The notes under the pieces were generated by a model. The model was not told the origin of the DNA and ran no database searches. It was given only the letters and a program-made list of their open reading frames with translations. The translations under genes were made by a program, and so were the position numbers. From an uncultured Gemmatimonadaceae bacterium (lineage in GTDB: Bacteria; Gemmatimonadota; Gemmatimonadetes; Gemmatimonadales; Gemmatimonadaceae), in contig CAVXGK010000002.1 of the NCBI GenBank assembly GCA_963761305.1, forward strand, positions 1,568,001 through 1,632,000: a stretch of 64,000 nt of DNA, read 5' to 3'. Below are positions 28,001 through 36,794 of this stretch, in pieces (position 1 is the first letter of the stretch; each line of letters begins with the position of its first letter).

Positions 28001-28165
28001 GGCTTGTTGCCGGCCGCGCTGTCCACCGGCGTCGGATCGGATACGCAGAAGCCGTTCGCGCTGGTGATCGTCGGGGGACTCTTCTCGCGTCTTCTGATCA
28101 GCGTCTTCCTCATGCCCGTGCTCTACGTGATGTTCGCGCGGAGCGACGATCACCTGGAGGTCTGA
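25022..28165 (+). CDS. czcA: Heavy-metal efflux RND permease, CzcA/CusA family (CzcA-type)
   Basis: [64 protein letters not shown]. Confidence 0.9.
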   Translation: [1047 protein letters not shown]

Positions 28166-28234
28166 ACCGGGGTCAGGAGGCGGGCGGATTCATCCTGACG
28201 GAGCCCCCGAACGGCGCTATTTTTCGGGTCCCTC

Positions 28235-30550
28235 ATGACCAAACGCCAGGACGCGCTCGACTACCATTCGACCGGTCGGCCGGGCAAGATCGCCGTCGTG
28301 CCCACCAAGCCGCTGGCCAACCAGCGGGACTTGTCGCTCGCCTACTCGCCGGGCGTGGCCGAGCCGTGCCTCGAGATCGAGCGCGACAGCGATCTCGCGT
28401 ACACGTACACGGCCAAGGGCAACCTCGTCGCCGTCGTCACCAACGGCACCGCGGTGCTCGGCCTCGGCAACATCGGAGCGATCGCCGGCAAGCCCGTGAT
28501 GGAAGGGAAAGGGAATCTCTTCAAGCAGTTCGCCGACCTCGACGTGTTCGATCTCGAGGTGGGTTCGGAGAATCCCGACGACGTCATCAAGTTCTGCCAG
28601 CTCCTCGAGCCCACGGTCGGCGGGATCAACCTCGAGGACATTCGCGCGCCCGACTGTTTCTACATCGAAGAGACGCTGCGCAAGACGCTGCGCATTCCGG
28701 TGTTCCACGACGACCAGCACGGCACGGCGATCATTTCCGGCGCCGCCCTGCTCAACGCGCTCGAGATCGTCGGCAAGAAGATCGAGGACGTTCGTGTCGT
28801 CTTCTCCGGCGCCGGCGCTGCCGCGATCTCCACGGCTGAGCATTACGTTCGGCTCGGCGTGAAACGCGAGCACATCGTGCTCTGCGATCGCCACGGCGTG
28901 ATTCACAAAGGTCGCGACGGCGAGACCGATCCGTACAAGCGGCGGTTCGCGCTCGAGACGAACGCGCGCACCTTGGCCGACGCGCTGGTCGGCGCCGACG
29001 TGTTCGTGGGACTCTCCGTCGCCGGCGCGATGACGGGCGAAATGGCGAAGTCGATGGGACCGAAGCCGATCATCTTCGCGCTGGCCAATCCGGTGCCCGA
29101 GATTCTGCCGGAGGAAGTGCGCGAGGTGCGCGACGACGCGATCATCGCCACCGGCCGCAGCGACTATCCGAACCAGGTCAACAACGTCCTCGGGTTTCCG
29201 TTCATTTTCCGCGGCGCGTTGGATGTCCGGGCGACCGAAATCAACGAAGAGATGAAGATGGCGGCGACGCGTGCGCTCGCGCTCCTCGCCAAGGAAGACG
29301 TGCCGAACAGCGTCGCGGCCCTGTACGGGCTGCACGACGTACAGTTCGGCGCCGAGTATCTGATTCCCTTCCCGTTCGACCCGCGCGTGCTGCTGTGGGT
29401 GGCGCCGGCGGTGGCGTGGGCCGCGGTCGCGTCGGGTGCGGCGAACGATTTCGTCGACATCGGCGATTATCGCGAGCGTCTCGAGTCGCGGCTCGGCCGC
29501 GCGCGCGGCGTGATGCGCGGGCTGATCAACCGCGCGATCAGCAATCCGAAGCGCGTCGTGTTCCCCGAGGGCGACGAGCCCAAGATCATCCGCGCCGCGT
29601 ACATCTGCGTCGAGGACGGCATCGCGATGCCGATCCTGCTCGGCGACCGCAAGGCGATCGAGCAGAAAGCGCGCGCGATGAACATCCCGCTCGACGAGAT
29701 CTCGATCGAGGATCCGGCGACGTCGCGCAAGCGCGAGGAGTATGCGCAGCACATGTGGGCGCGACGCCAGCGGAAAGGCATGAGCCTCGACGAGGCGCGG
29801 CGACGGCTGTACAACGGCAACTACTTCGGCTCGTGCATGGTCGTGCGCGGCGACGCCGACGCGCTCGTGTCGGGCGTGAACCTGCACTACCCGGAAACGA
29901 TTCGACCCGCGCTCGAGGTCATCGGCGCGCATCCGAAATCCGGCCTGGTGAGCGGCATGTACATGCTTGTGTTCGAGAAGCAGCTCGTGTTCTGCGCCGA
30001 CACGACCGTCAACATCGATCCGACGGCGGAACAGGTCGCGCAGATCGCGTACTCGGCGTCGCGCATCGCGCGCACGATGGGCGTCGAGCCGCGCATCGCG
30101 ATGTTGTCGTTCTCGAACTTCGGGTCGGTGCGCCATCCGGACACGGAGAAGATGGCGCGCGCGGTTCAGTTGCTCCGCCAGCGCGATCCGTCGCTCGTCG
30201 TAGATGGCGAGATGCAGGCGGATACGGCGTTCGACCCGGAGATCATAGGCCGGGACTACCCGTTCAGCACGCTGAAGGAAGAGGCGAACGTGCTTATCTT
30301 CCCGAACCTGAGCGCGGGTAACATTGCGTACAAGTTGTTGAACCATTTGGGGGGCGCGACAGCGATCGGGCCGATCCTGGTCGGCATGAGCCGGCCGGTG
30401 CATGTGCTCGAGCGTGGCGCGGACGTGCAGGACATCGTCAACATGGCAGCGGTCGCGGTCGTCGACGCGCAGGAGCGGTCCGCGCCGGCCGATGCCGGGA
30501 CGCCGTCACACGACGGCACACCATCACCAACGGTTTTCTCGAGGTTGTGA
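28235..30550 (+). CDS. maeB: NADP-dependent malic enzyme with PTA-like C-terminal domain
   Basis: [40 protein letters not shown]-terminal VVFPEG...DGEMQAD...[12 protein letters not shown]. Confidence 0.96.
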   Translation: MTKRQDALDYHSTGRPGKIAVVPTKPLANQRDLSLAYSPGVAEPCLEIERDSDLAYTYTAKGNLVAVVTNGTAVLGLGNIGAIAGKPVMEGKGNLFKQFADLDVFDLEVGSENPDDVIKFCQLLEPTVGGINLEDIRAPDCFYIEETLRKTLRIPVFHDDQHGTAIISGAALLNALEIVGKKIEDVRVVFSGAGAAAISTAEHYVRLGVKREHIVLCDRHGVIHKGRDGETDPYKRRFALETNARTLADALVGADVFVGLSVAGAMTGEMAKSMGPKPIIFALANPVPEILPEEVREVRDDAIIATGRSDYPNQVNNVLGFPFIFRGALDVRATEINEEMKMAATRALALLAKEDVPNSVAALYGLHDVQFGAEYLIPFPFDPRVLLWVAPAVAWAAVASGAANDFVDIGDYRERLESRLGRARGVMRGLINRAISNPKRVVFPEGDEPKIIRAAYICVEDGIAMPILLGDRKAIEQKARAMNIPLDEISIEDPATSRKREEYAQHMWARRQRKGMSLDEARRRLYNGNYFGSCMVVRGDADALVSGVNLHYPETIRPALEVIGAHPKSGLVSGMYMLVFEKQLVFCADTTVNIDPTAEQVAQIAYSASRIARTMGVEPRIAMLSFSNFGSVRHPDTEKMARAVQLLRQRDPSLVVDGEMQADTAFDPEIIGRDYPFSTLKEEANVLIFPNLSAGNIAYKLLNHLGGATAIGPILVGMSRPVHVLERGADVQDIVNMAAVAVVDAQERSAPADAGTPSHDGTPSPTVFSRL

Positions 30551-30556
30551 CAGCTT

Positions 30557-32185
30557 ATGGGGATTCTGTCGAAAACGCAGGACGACAACGAGTTGAACGA
30601 TGACGAGACCGGGGGGCTGAAGGCGCAGGGCATCGCCCCGACCGGTGAGGTCCACTGGAACCTCACCGCGCCCGTGCTGATTCAGACGGCGATCCGTCGC
30701 GGCGAGGGGCAGTTGGCCGACATGGGGCCGTTCTGTGCCGTCACGTCGCCACATACCGGCCGCTCGCCCAACGACAAGTTCGTCGTGAAGGAGGATGCGT
30801 CCGCCGGCGACATCGATTGGGGGAAGGTCAACCAGCCGATGTCCGACGCCCATTTCGATACGCTGCTGGCCGACGTCCGCGCCTATCTGAGCGCGCGCGA
30901 CGACCTCTTCGTGCAAGATCTCTACTGCGGCGCCGATCCGGAGTACCGCCTGTCGGTTCGGTACGTGAGTCCGAGCGCGTGGCACATGGCGTTCGTGCGG
31001 AACATGTTCATCCGCCCCGACGCGACCGCGCTGCCGACGTTCGACCCGAACTTCACCGTGCTGCACGCGCCGGAGATGGAAGCCGATCCCGCGCGCCACG
31101 GAACGCGCACGAGCACGTTCATCGTGCTGAATCTCGCCCGACGCATGATCCTCATCGGCGGCACGCGCTACGCCGGCGAGTTGAAGAAGGCGATGTTCAC
31201 GGTGATGAACTACTACATGCCAAAGCAGGGCGTGCTCTCGATGCACTGCTCGGCCAACGTCGGCAAGTCGGGCGACTCGGCGTTGTTCTTCGGACTCTCG
31301 GGAACCGGGAAGACGACGCTGTCCGCCGATCCCGAGCGCGCGCTGGTCGGCGACGACGAACACGGCTGGTCCAAGTCCGGCATCTTCAATTACGAAGGCG
31401 GCTGCTACGCGAAGGTGATCAATCTTTCCCCCGAAGGGGAACCGGACATCTATAAGACGACTCAGATGTTCGGGACGATTCTGGAGAACGTCGTCCTCGA
31501 CGATCTCACGCGCAAAGTGAAGTTCGAGGATCAGTCGATCACCGAGAACACGCGCGCGTCCTACCCGCTCAACTACATCCCGCACCATGTCGCCAACGGC
31601 CGGGCCGGTCATCCGAAGAACGTCGTGTTCCTGACGGCGGACGCGTTTGGCGTGCTGCCCCCGCTCGCGCGACTCACGCGCGAGCAGGCGATGTACTACT
31701 TCTTGTCGGGCTACACGGCGAAGGTCGCCGGGACGGAGCGCGGCGTGAAGGAACCGCAAGCGACGTTCTCGTCGTGCTTCGGTGCGGTCTTTCTCGTGTG
31801 GCATCCGAGCAAGTACGCGGAAATGCTCGGCCGCCTCATCGACGAGCACGGGTCGGACGTGTGGCTCGTGAACACGGGTTGGACGGGCGGTGCGTACGGC
31901 GCCGGTCGGCGCATGACGCTGTCGCACACGCGGGCGATGGTCGCGGCGCTGCTGCGCGGCGATCTGCACTCCGCACCGGTCGACACGGACCCGATTTTCG
32001 GTCTCAAGATTCCGCGGCACGTCGCCGGCGTTCCGGACGACGTGTTGCGTCCTCGATCGACGTGGGCCGACGGCGGCGCCTACGACGCGCAGGCCGCGAA
32101 GCTCGCATCGATGTTCCGCGAAAACTTCGCCAAGTTCGAGAAGTTCGTTCCGGATTCGGTGAAAGCCGCGGGGCCAAAGGCCTAG
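30557..32185 (+). CDS. pckA: Phosphoenolpyruvate carboxykinase (ATP)
   Basis: TGRSPNDKF, YAGELKK, FFGLSGTGKTTLS, GDDEHGW, EGGCYAK, ENTRASYP. Confidence 0.97.
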   Translation: MGILSKTQDDNELNDDETGGLKAQGIAPTGEVHWNLTAPVLIQTAIRRGEGQLADMGPFCAVTSPHTGRSPNDKFVVKEDASAGDIDWGKVNQPMSDAHFDTLLADVRAYLSARDDLFVQDLYCGADPEYRLSVRYVSPSAWHMAFVRNMFIRPDATALPTFDPNFTVLHAPEMEADPARHGTRTSTFIVLNLARRMILIGGTRYAGELKKAMFTVMNYYMPKQGVLSMHCSANVGKSGDSALFFGLSGTGKTTLSADPERALVGDDEHGWSKSGIFNYEGGCYAKVINLSPEGEPDIYKTTQMFGTILENVVLDDLTRKVKFEDQSITENTRASYPLNYIPHHVANGRAGHPKNVVFLTADAFGVLPPLARLTREQAMYYFLSGYTAKVAGTERGVKEPQATFSSCFGAVFLVWHPSKYAEMLGRLIDEHGSDVWLVNTGWTGGAYGAGRRMTLSHTRAMVAALLRGDLHSAPVDTDPIFGLKIPRHVAGVPDDVLRPRSTWADGGAYDAQAAKLASMFRENFAKFEKFVPDSVKAAGPKA

Positions 32186-32216
32186 CGATCTGGCCACCGC
32201 CGGCGTTCTCGAAAAT

Positions 32217-32337
32217 GGGAACGCAGATGCCGCAGATTTTCAAAAGCGATGCCGCAGATAAAAAGGGGTGACCGATCGTGGTCACCCCCTTATCACATCT
32301 CCGTGCATCTGCGTGCATCTGCGGCATCGTTGTTCCC
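32217..32337. repeat. Long imperfect palindromic intergenic element (REP-like) between convergent genes
   Basis: GGGAAC...GCAGATGCCGCAGAT / ATCTGCGGCATC...GTTCCC arms around the GGGGTGACC-GATCGT-GGTCACCCC core. Confidence 0.7.
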
Positions 32338-32391
32338 CTCTTGTTCGTCGCCAATCGTAGCCGGGGTGCCAAGAGAGAAGCGACAATCCGT

Positions 32392-33150
32392 TCAGTGCGG
32401 CGTTATCGATTGACGAATCGCTTGACGCTCGGCCGCGCGGATCGGTTCGATCGGACCGGCGCCGAGTGCGAGGAAGGGCTTGGCCTCCCCGAGTGCGCTC
32501 GACGCGTCGCGCGCCATCGGTGATTCGCTGGCCACGTGCCCGTGAGCTTGCGCCGGGCGCTCGGCCAGCACCTTCGTCACGAAGCGCTGGCCCTCGGCGA
32601 CGCGCTCGATCTCGATCGCGATGGCGTCGACGGCTTGCTCGAGCCGGTCGAGACGCGGTGCAACCGTGTCGGTCTGCGTAGACGCCGACGGCATGCCGCG
32701 CCAGATGCGGCGCGCGTACGCGACCGCCAGCGGGAAGGCCACGGCGATGGCGAGCGTGAACGACATGCCCACGATGATGTCCGGATCTGGCCCCCGTCGC
32801 GGGAAGTCCGGACGGCCCTGCATCGGACGACCATTCGGCCCCAGGTTCTCAGCGGAGATCCCCATGCGGCTGGCGAGCTGCGCCCGCGTGCCGGCCAGGT
32901 CCATTTGAAGCTTGAGGATCTGGTTGTCGAGCACCGTCCGCTGCGCCAACAGCCCTTCAGGCCCGGGGTCCGAGCTGACGTTTATCCGCCCCTGAAGCAC
33001 CCGGAGCTGCGCCTGAAACACCGCGAGCTGCTGCGCCTGGCCGATGAACTGGGCCTGCAACGCCTCGAACGACAAGCCGCCCGCCTGTGGAACGATGGGC
33101 GTTCCTGCCGGAGGCGGCGTTTGAGTCTGGGGGCGGGGGGATGGCGTCAT
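32392..33150 (-). CDS. Hypothetical single-TM coiled-coil protein
   Basis: TM (IIVGMSFTLAIAVAFPLAVAYARR) followed by RLDRLEQAVDAIAIEIERVAEGQRFVTK. Confidence 0.8.
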   Translation of the reverse strand: MTPSPRPQTQTPPPAGTPIVPQAGGLSFEALQAQFIGQAQQLAVFQAQLRVLQGRINVSSDPGPEGLLAQRTVLDNQILKLQMDLAGTRAQLASRMGISAENLGPNGRPMQGRPDFPRRGPDPDIIVGMSFTLAIAVAFPLAVAYARRIWRGMPSASTQTDTVAPRLDRLEQAVDAIAIEIERVAEGQRFVTKVLAERPAQAHGHVASESPMARDASSALGEAKPFLALGAGPIEPIRAAERQAIRQSITPH

Positions 33151-33185
33151 GGGCGGCGCTGCCTCGAGTGTGGGCGTGCGTCACC

Positions 33186-33212
33186 TACGAGTATTGAAAG
33201 ACGGCGGTTTCC
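33186..33212 (-). promoter_or_regulatory. Candidate ECF-sigma promoter
   Basis: Minus strand GGAAACC-N16-CGTA, resembling the SigW-type AAAC-N16-CGTA. Confidence 0.4.
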
Positions 33213-33283
33213 GTTTGCAACGGCGGGATACGGCGAGGCCAGCCGGGCCCGGCTATCATACGCGAGACTTCCGCCGAAACGCC

Positions 33284-34555
33284 GTGGACATCATCCGCGA
33301 TCCGCTCTGGAACAACATACGGTTCGATCCGCTCGCCTTCGAGTTGATCGACACGCCGGCATTCCAGCGGCTCCGATATGTTCGCCAGCTGGGACTCGCC
33401 TTTCTCGTCTACCCCGGCGCCACGCATTCGCGGTTCGAGCACGCGCTCGGCACTTATCATCTCACGCGGCGCGCATTCAGCCTGATCGAGGACCAGCCTG
33501 ATTTCGGCCTGGTCGATCGGGAAGACGTCCAGCTCACGCGGCTCGCTGCCCTGCTCCACGACATCGGCCACTATCCGTTCTCGCACGCGCTCGAGGAGAT
33601 CGGCGCGATGCACCACGAAGACGTTGCCCGCCCGCTCATCTGCGAGGGCGAAGTCGCCGAGGTGCTGCGACGGGAGCTGGGCGACGAGGCGCCGCAACGC
33701 ATCCACGCGCTGATCTGCGGGAAAAGCGACAGTCCTCTCCAGGGACTCATCTCCGGCTCGATCGACCTCGACAAGCTCGACTACCTTCGCCGCGACGCGT
33801 TCATGTGTGGCGTGAGCTACGGCGAGATCGACGTCGACCGGCTGATCAACGCGCTGGCGATCGTGCGCGATCCCGAAACCGGCGCGCCGCGCATCGGCAT
33901 GGTCGAGAAGGGTCTGTCGGCGCTCGAGTCGCTGCTGTTCGCGCGCTATCAGATGTATCGCAACGTGTATTGGCACCACGCCGTGCGCAGCGCCACGGTG
34001 ATGTACAAGCGTCTCGTGAGCGACGCGCTCGACGCCGGCACGCTCGACGCTCGGACGCTGGCCGGTTTCACCGACGAAGGCCTGCTGCACGCCCTCGAGA
34101 TGCGGGCGCCGAATCAACTGCTCGAGTCGCTTCGCGGCCGGCGTTTGTACAAACGCGCGTTCGAATGTCCCGCCGCTGATCTCGCCGAGGACGACGCGGA
34201 GTGGATCGCCGACGATCCGCGCCTTACGGCGGCGGTCGAGAATCAGTTGGCGCGCGAGCTGAAGCTTCAGCCAGGCGAGCTCCTGCTCGACTATCCCGCG
34301 AAGACACAGATGCTCGGGCTCGACTTGCTGATTCAGCGCCCGTACGGCGACGTCCGTCGCGTGACAGCGTCGGGGTGGGAGGGCGTGATCAACCTGCCGA
34401 AGCTGTCCGAAGAGTTCTATCGCTCGGCGCGATGGCTGAGGGTGTTCACGTCGGAGCGATTGGCGATCGATCCGTCAAAGATGTTGGGGGTGGCGCGACT
34501 CCCGAGCGCCGAAGTGCGCGGCAGACTCACGCGCGGAAGCTCGTTGCTCGCATAG
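33284..34555 (+). CDS. HD-domain phosphohydrolase (dNTP triphosphohydrolase/SAMHD1-like family)
   Basis: IRDP...FQRLRYVRQLG...YPGATHSRFEHALG...LLHDIGHYPFSH...DLDKLDYLRRD; GTG start at 33284. Confidence 0.92.
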   Translation: MDIIRDPLWNNIRFDPLAFELIDTPAFQRLRYVRQLGLAFLVYPGATHSRFEHALGTYHLTRRAFSLIEDQPDFGLVDREDVQLTRLAALLHDIGHYPFSHALEEIGAMHHEDVARPLICEGEVAEVLRRELGDEAPQRIHALICGKSDSPLQGLISGSIDLDKLDYLRRDAFMCGVSYGEIDVDRLINALAIVRDPETGAPRIGMVEKGLSALESLLFARYQMYRNVYWHHAVRSATVMYKRLVSDALDAGTLDARTLAGFTDEGLLHALEMRAPNQLLESLRGRRLYKRAFECPAADLAEDDAEWIADDPRLTAAVENQLARELKLQPGELLLDYPAKTQMLGLDLLIQRPYGDVRRVTASGWEGVINLPKLSEEFYRSARWLRVFTSERLAIDPSKMLGVARLPSAEVRGRLTRGSSLLA

Positions 34556-34607
34556 TGATGGATTGATTGGCTTGGTCATTGCCCTTCTCGACTGGGCGGA
34601 GGATTCA

Positions 34608-36794
34608 ATGACCAAACGTCAACTCGCGCTTCTGCTCGGCACAGCCGCCTGTTCGTGCGGCCGGTCGAGCACGCGCACGGCAGACTCGGCCGCAGGCGAC
34701 GTCGCCAACGATCCACCGGCGCGCGTCGCGCGCCTGAGCTCGATCGATGGCACGGTGTCGCTGCAGACGCCGGGCTCGGACGCATGGACGCGTCCGACAC
34801 AGAATTACACGCTATCCACCGGTGACAGACTGTACGCCGATTCGAATGCGCACGCCGAGCTCGACTTCGGCAACGGCGCGGTTCGCCTCGATCACGGCGG
34901 CGATCTCACCGTCACCAATCTCACCGACAACTTCACGCAGCTGGGGCTGGATCAAGGAGCGCTCGAGGCGAGTCTCTATCGGTATGACAAGGCCGATTCA
35001 CTCGAGTTCGACACGCCGAACGGCGCGCTCCTGCCGACCGCGGCCGGAACCTACATCGTGTCGGTCCAACCTGGCGACAGCGGAACCGTCGTCGACGTGG
35101 AGAGTGGCGCGCTCGATCTCACGGGGCCGGGACTTGATCAGACTCTAACGTCCGGGCAGGTCGTGAGGCTCATGGGGACGAATCCCATTCAGGCCGTCTC
35201 ACTCGACGATTCGTACGCGCAGTCGCAGCCGGCGTTCGCCGATCTCGATCAATGGCGCGCGGGCCGGGATCGATACTACACGTCGACCGGCGACGCGTCG
35301 CGGTACGTCTCCACCGCCAGTCCGGGGTGGGAAGATCTCGACGCCAATGGCGTCTGGGTCACCGATGCCGCGGACACACACGTGTGGTGTCCGACGCACG
35401 TCAGCAGCACGTGGGTGCCGTATCGCGCCGGCCACTGGTCGTGGGTCGAGCCGTGGGGATGGACGTGGGTGAGCGACGAGGCGTGGGGTTACACGCCCTT
35501 CCACTACGGACGTTGGGAATCGCTCACCAGCCATGACTGCGCGAGCAGTTGGGCTTGGGTGCCGGGTCCGGTCGTCGCACAACCGGTGTGGGCGCCGGCG
35601 TTGGTCGCCTTCGTCGACGGCGCCGCATTGCAGCTCAGGCAAGGGCCGGACGTCGAAGCATGGTTCCCGCTCGGACCGAGAGAACCGTTCTTCCCGTGGT
35701 ATCACCACAGCTTCGGCTATTTGCACGACGTGAATGCGACGAACCTGATCCAGGTCCGCGACATCGACGCCGTCATTCGCGACGAAGACCTGCGCAACGT
35801 TCGCAGGATCAATCGCGATAACGCGCTCACGATCGTTCGGTCCGCCTACTTCAGCGAAGGCGATCCGGTCGAACCGCACGCTATCAACATGAAGATCGAG
35901 GATCTTCCGCCGGTGCGCATCGCTGCGCATCCGTCGGTCAATCCACGAGACGAGCTCCTGGCGGGCGGCGCTCCCGCGCCGCGTCCGCACGTCGCGGAGC
36001 GACCGGAGATGGTGTTGACGCGAGCCAATGCGCGCGCAGCGGAACGCGGCGAGCTAGCGGGAGCGCCGCAGAACGCACGCGTACCACGCGAGGGCCAGGG
36101 CGTCGCGGTCGCCTCCCCGGCGGGAGTTCGTGAGCGACCTGCGCCGGTCGTCACGAGGAACGCGCCAAGGGAATCCGGCGGTCAACTGCGCGAGGCGCCC
36201 GGCGAGGTCGCCCCTCCGCTCGAGCATGGCAATCGCGCGGGCCCACCGGTCGAGCGTGGCAACCGTGCGGAATCGCCCGCGCCTGCGTCGCGTCCGACGA
36301 ACACACCGCGGCCGTTGATTGCCCGCAATGCGCCCCCAGCGGCGCGTCCCAGCCCGGCTGCGCGGCAGTCGGCGATGCAGGCGCACCCAGGCCGTCCGCT
36401 CGAGCCTCGGCAAATCGAAAACCTGCGCACCGGCCGGCCGGCCGGTGCACCGCAGGACCACGAAGTCCCGCAACACAAGGTCGCGGCTCCGCCGTCGGTT
36501 CAAGCACGCCCGCAACCGAGTCGGCCAGCGGAGCCACAACGGGCAGCGCCGTCTCGGCCGCAGCCGCAGCACGTACAGGTGCAACAACGGCCGCAAGTGC
36601 AACAACGGCCTCAGGTGCAACAACGGCCTCAGGTGCAACAACGGCCGCAAGTGCAGTCGCGGCCGCAGCAGCAACAACCACAACCCGCGGCTCGGCCGGC
36701 TCCTTCGCGGAAACCGCCCTCACCCCCCGGCAAGGGTAAGCCGGGGGACGATGGCGGCGGCCGCGGCCACGGCGAGGAATCACTGGAGGATTGA
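34608..36794 (+). CDS. FecR-like/DUF6600-type lipoprotein with Trp-rich core and Pro/Gln-rich tail
   Basis: GGAGG RBS; lipobox-like ACSC; DPPARVARLS; WVPYRAGHWSWVEPWGWTWVSDEAWGYTPFHYGRW; WAPALVAF; WFPLGPRE. Confidence 0.85.
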   Translation: MTKRQLALLLGTAACSCGRSSTRTADSAAGDVANDPPARVARLSSIDGTVSLQTPGSDAWTRPTQNYTLSTGDRLYADSNAHAELDFGNGAVRLDHGGDLTVTNLTDNFTQLGLDQGALEASLYRYDKADSLEFDTPNGALLPTAAGTYIVSVQPGDSGTVVDVESGALDLTGPGLDQTLTSGQVVRLMGTNPIQAVSLDDSYAQSQPAFADLDQWRAGRDRYYTSTGDASRYVSTASPGWEDLDANGVWVTDAADTHVWCPTHVSSTWVPYRAGHWSWVEPWGWTWVSDEAWGYTPFHYGRWESLTSHDCASSWAWVPGPVVAQPVWAPALVAFVDGAALQLRQGPDVEAWFPLGPREPFFPWYHHSFGYLHDVNATNLIQVRDIDAVIRDEDLRNVRRINRDNALTIVRSAYFSEGDPVEPHAINMKIEDLPPVRIAAHPSVNPRDELLAGGAPAPRPHVAERPEMVLTRANARAAERGELAGAPQNARVPREGQGVAVASPAGVRERPAPVVTRNAPRESGGQLREAPGEVAPPLEHGNRAGPPVERGNRAESPAPASRPTNTPRPLIARNAPPAARPSPAARQSAMQAHPGRPLEPRQIENLRTGRPAGAPQDHEVPQHKVAAPPSVQARPQPSRPAEPQRAAPSRPQPQHVQVQQRPQVQQRPQVQQRPQVQQRPQVQSRPQQQQPQPAARPAPSRKPPSPPGKGKPGDDGGGRGHGEESLED
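36576..36665 (+). repeat. In-frame 18-bp tandem repeat (QVQQRP x4 plus one degenerate copy)
   Basis: CA(G/A)GTGCAACAACGGCC(G/T) repeated. Confidence 0.9.

Noticed and set aside
25379..28153. Long antisense ORFs (also 28217-30403, 38502-41030, 12438-14441, 46603-48222, 53587-55734)
   Set aside because: They mirror well-supported genes; stop-poor antisense frames are expected at this GC content and show no motifs.
28166..28234. Riboswitch upstream of maeB
   Set aside because: Only a single GTCAGGA/TCCTGAC stem in a 69-bp gap; more likely the end of the efflux transcript.
33284..34555. HD protein as an anti-phage dNTPase defence system
   Set aside because: It sits in a housekeeping context with no defence-island neighbours, and the family is widespread.
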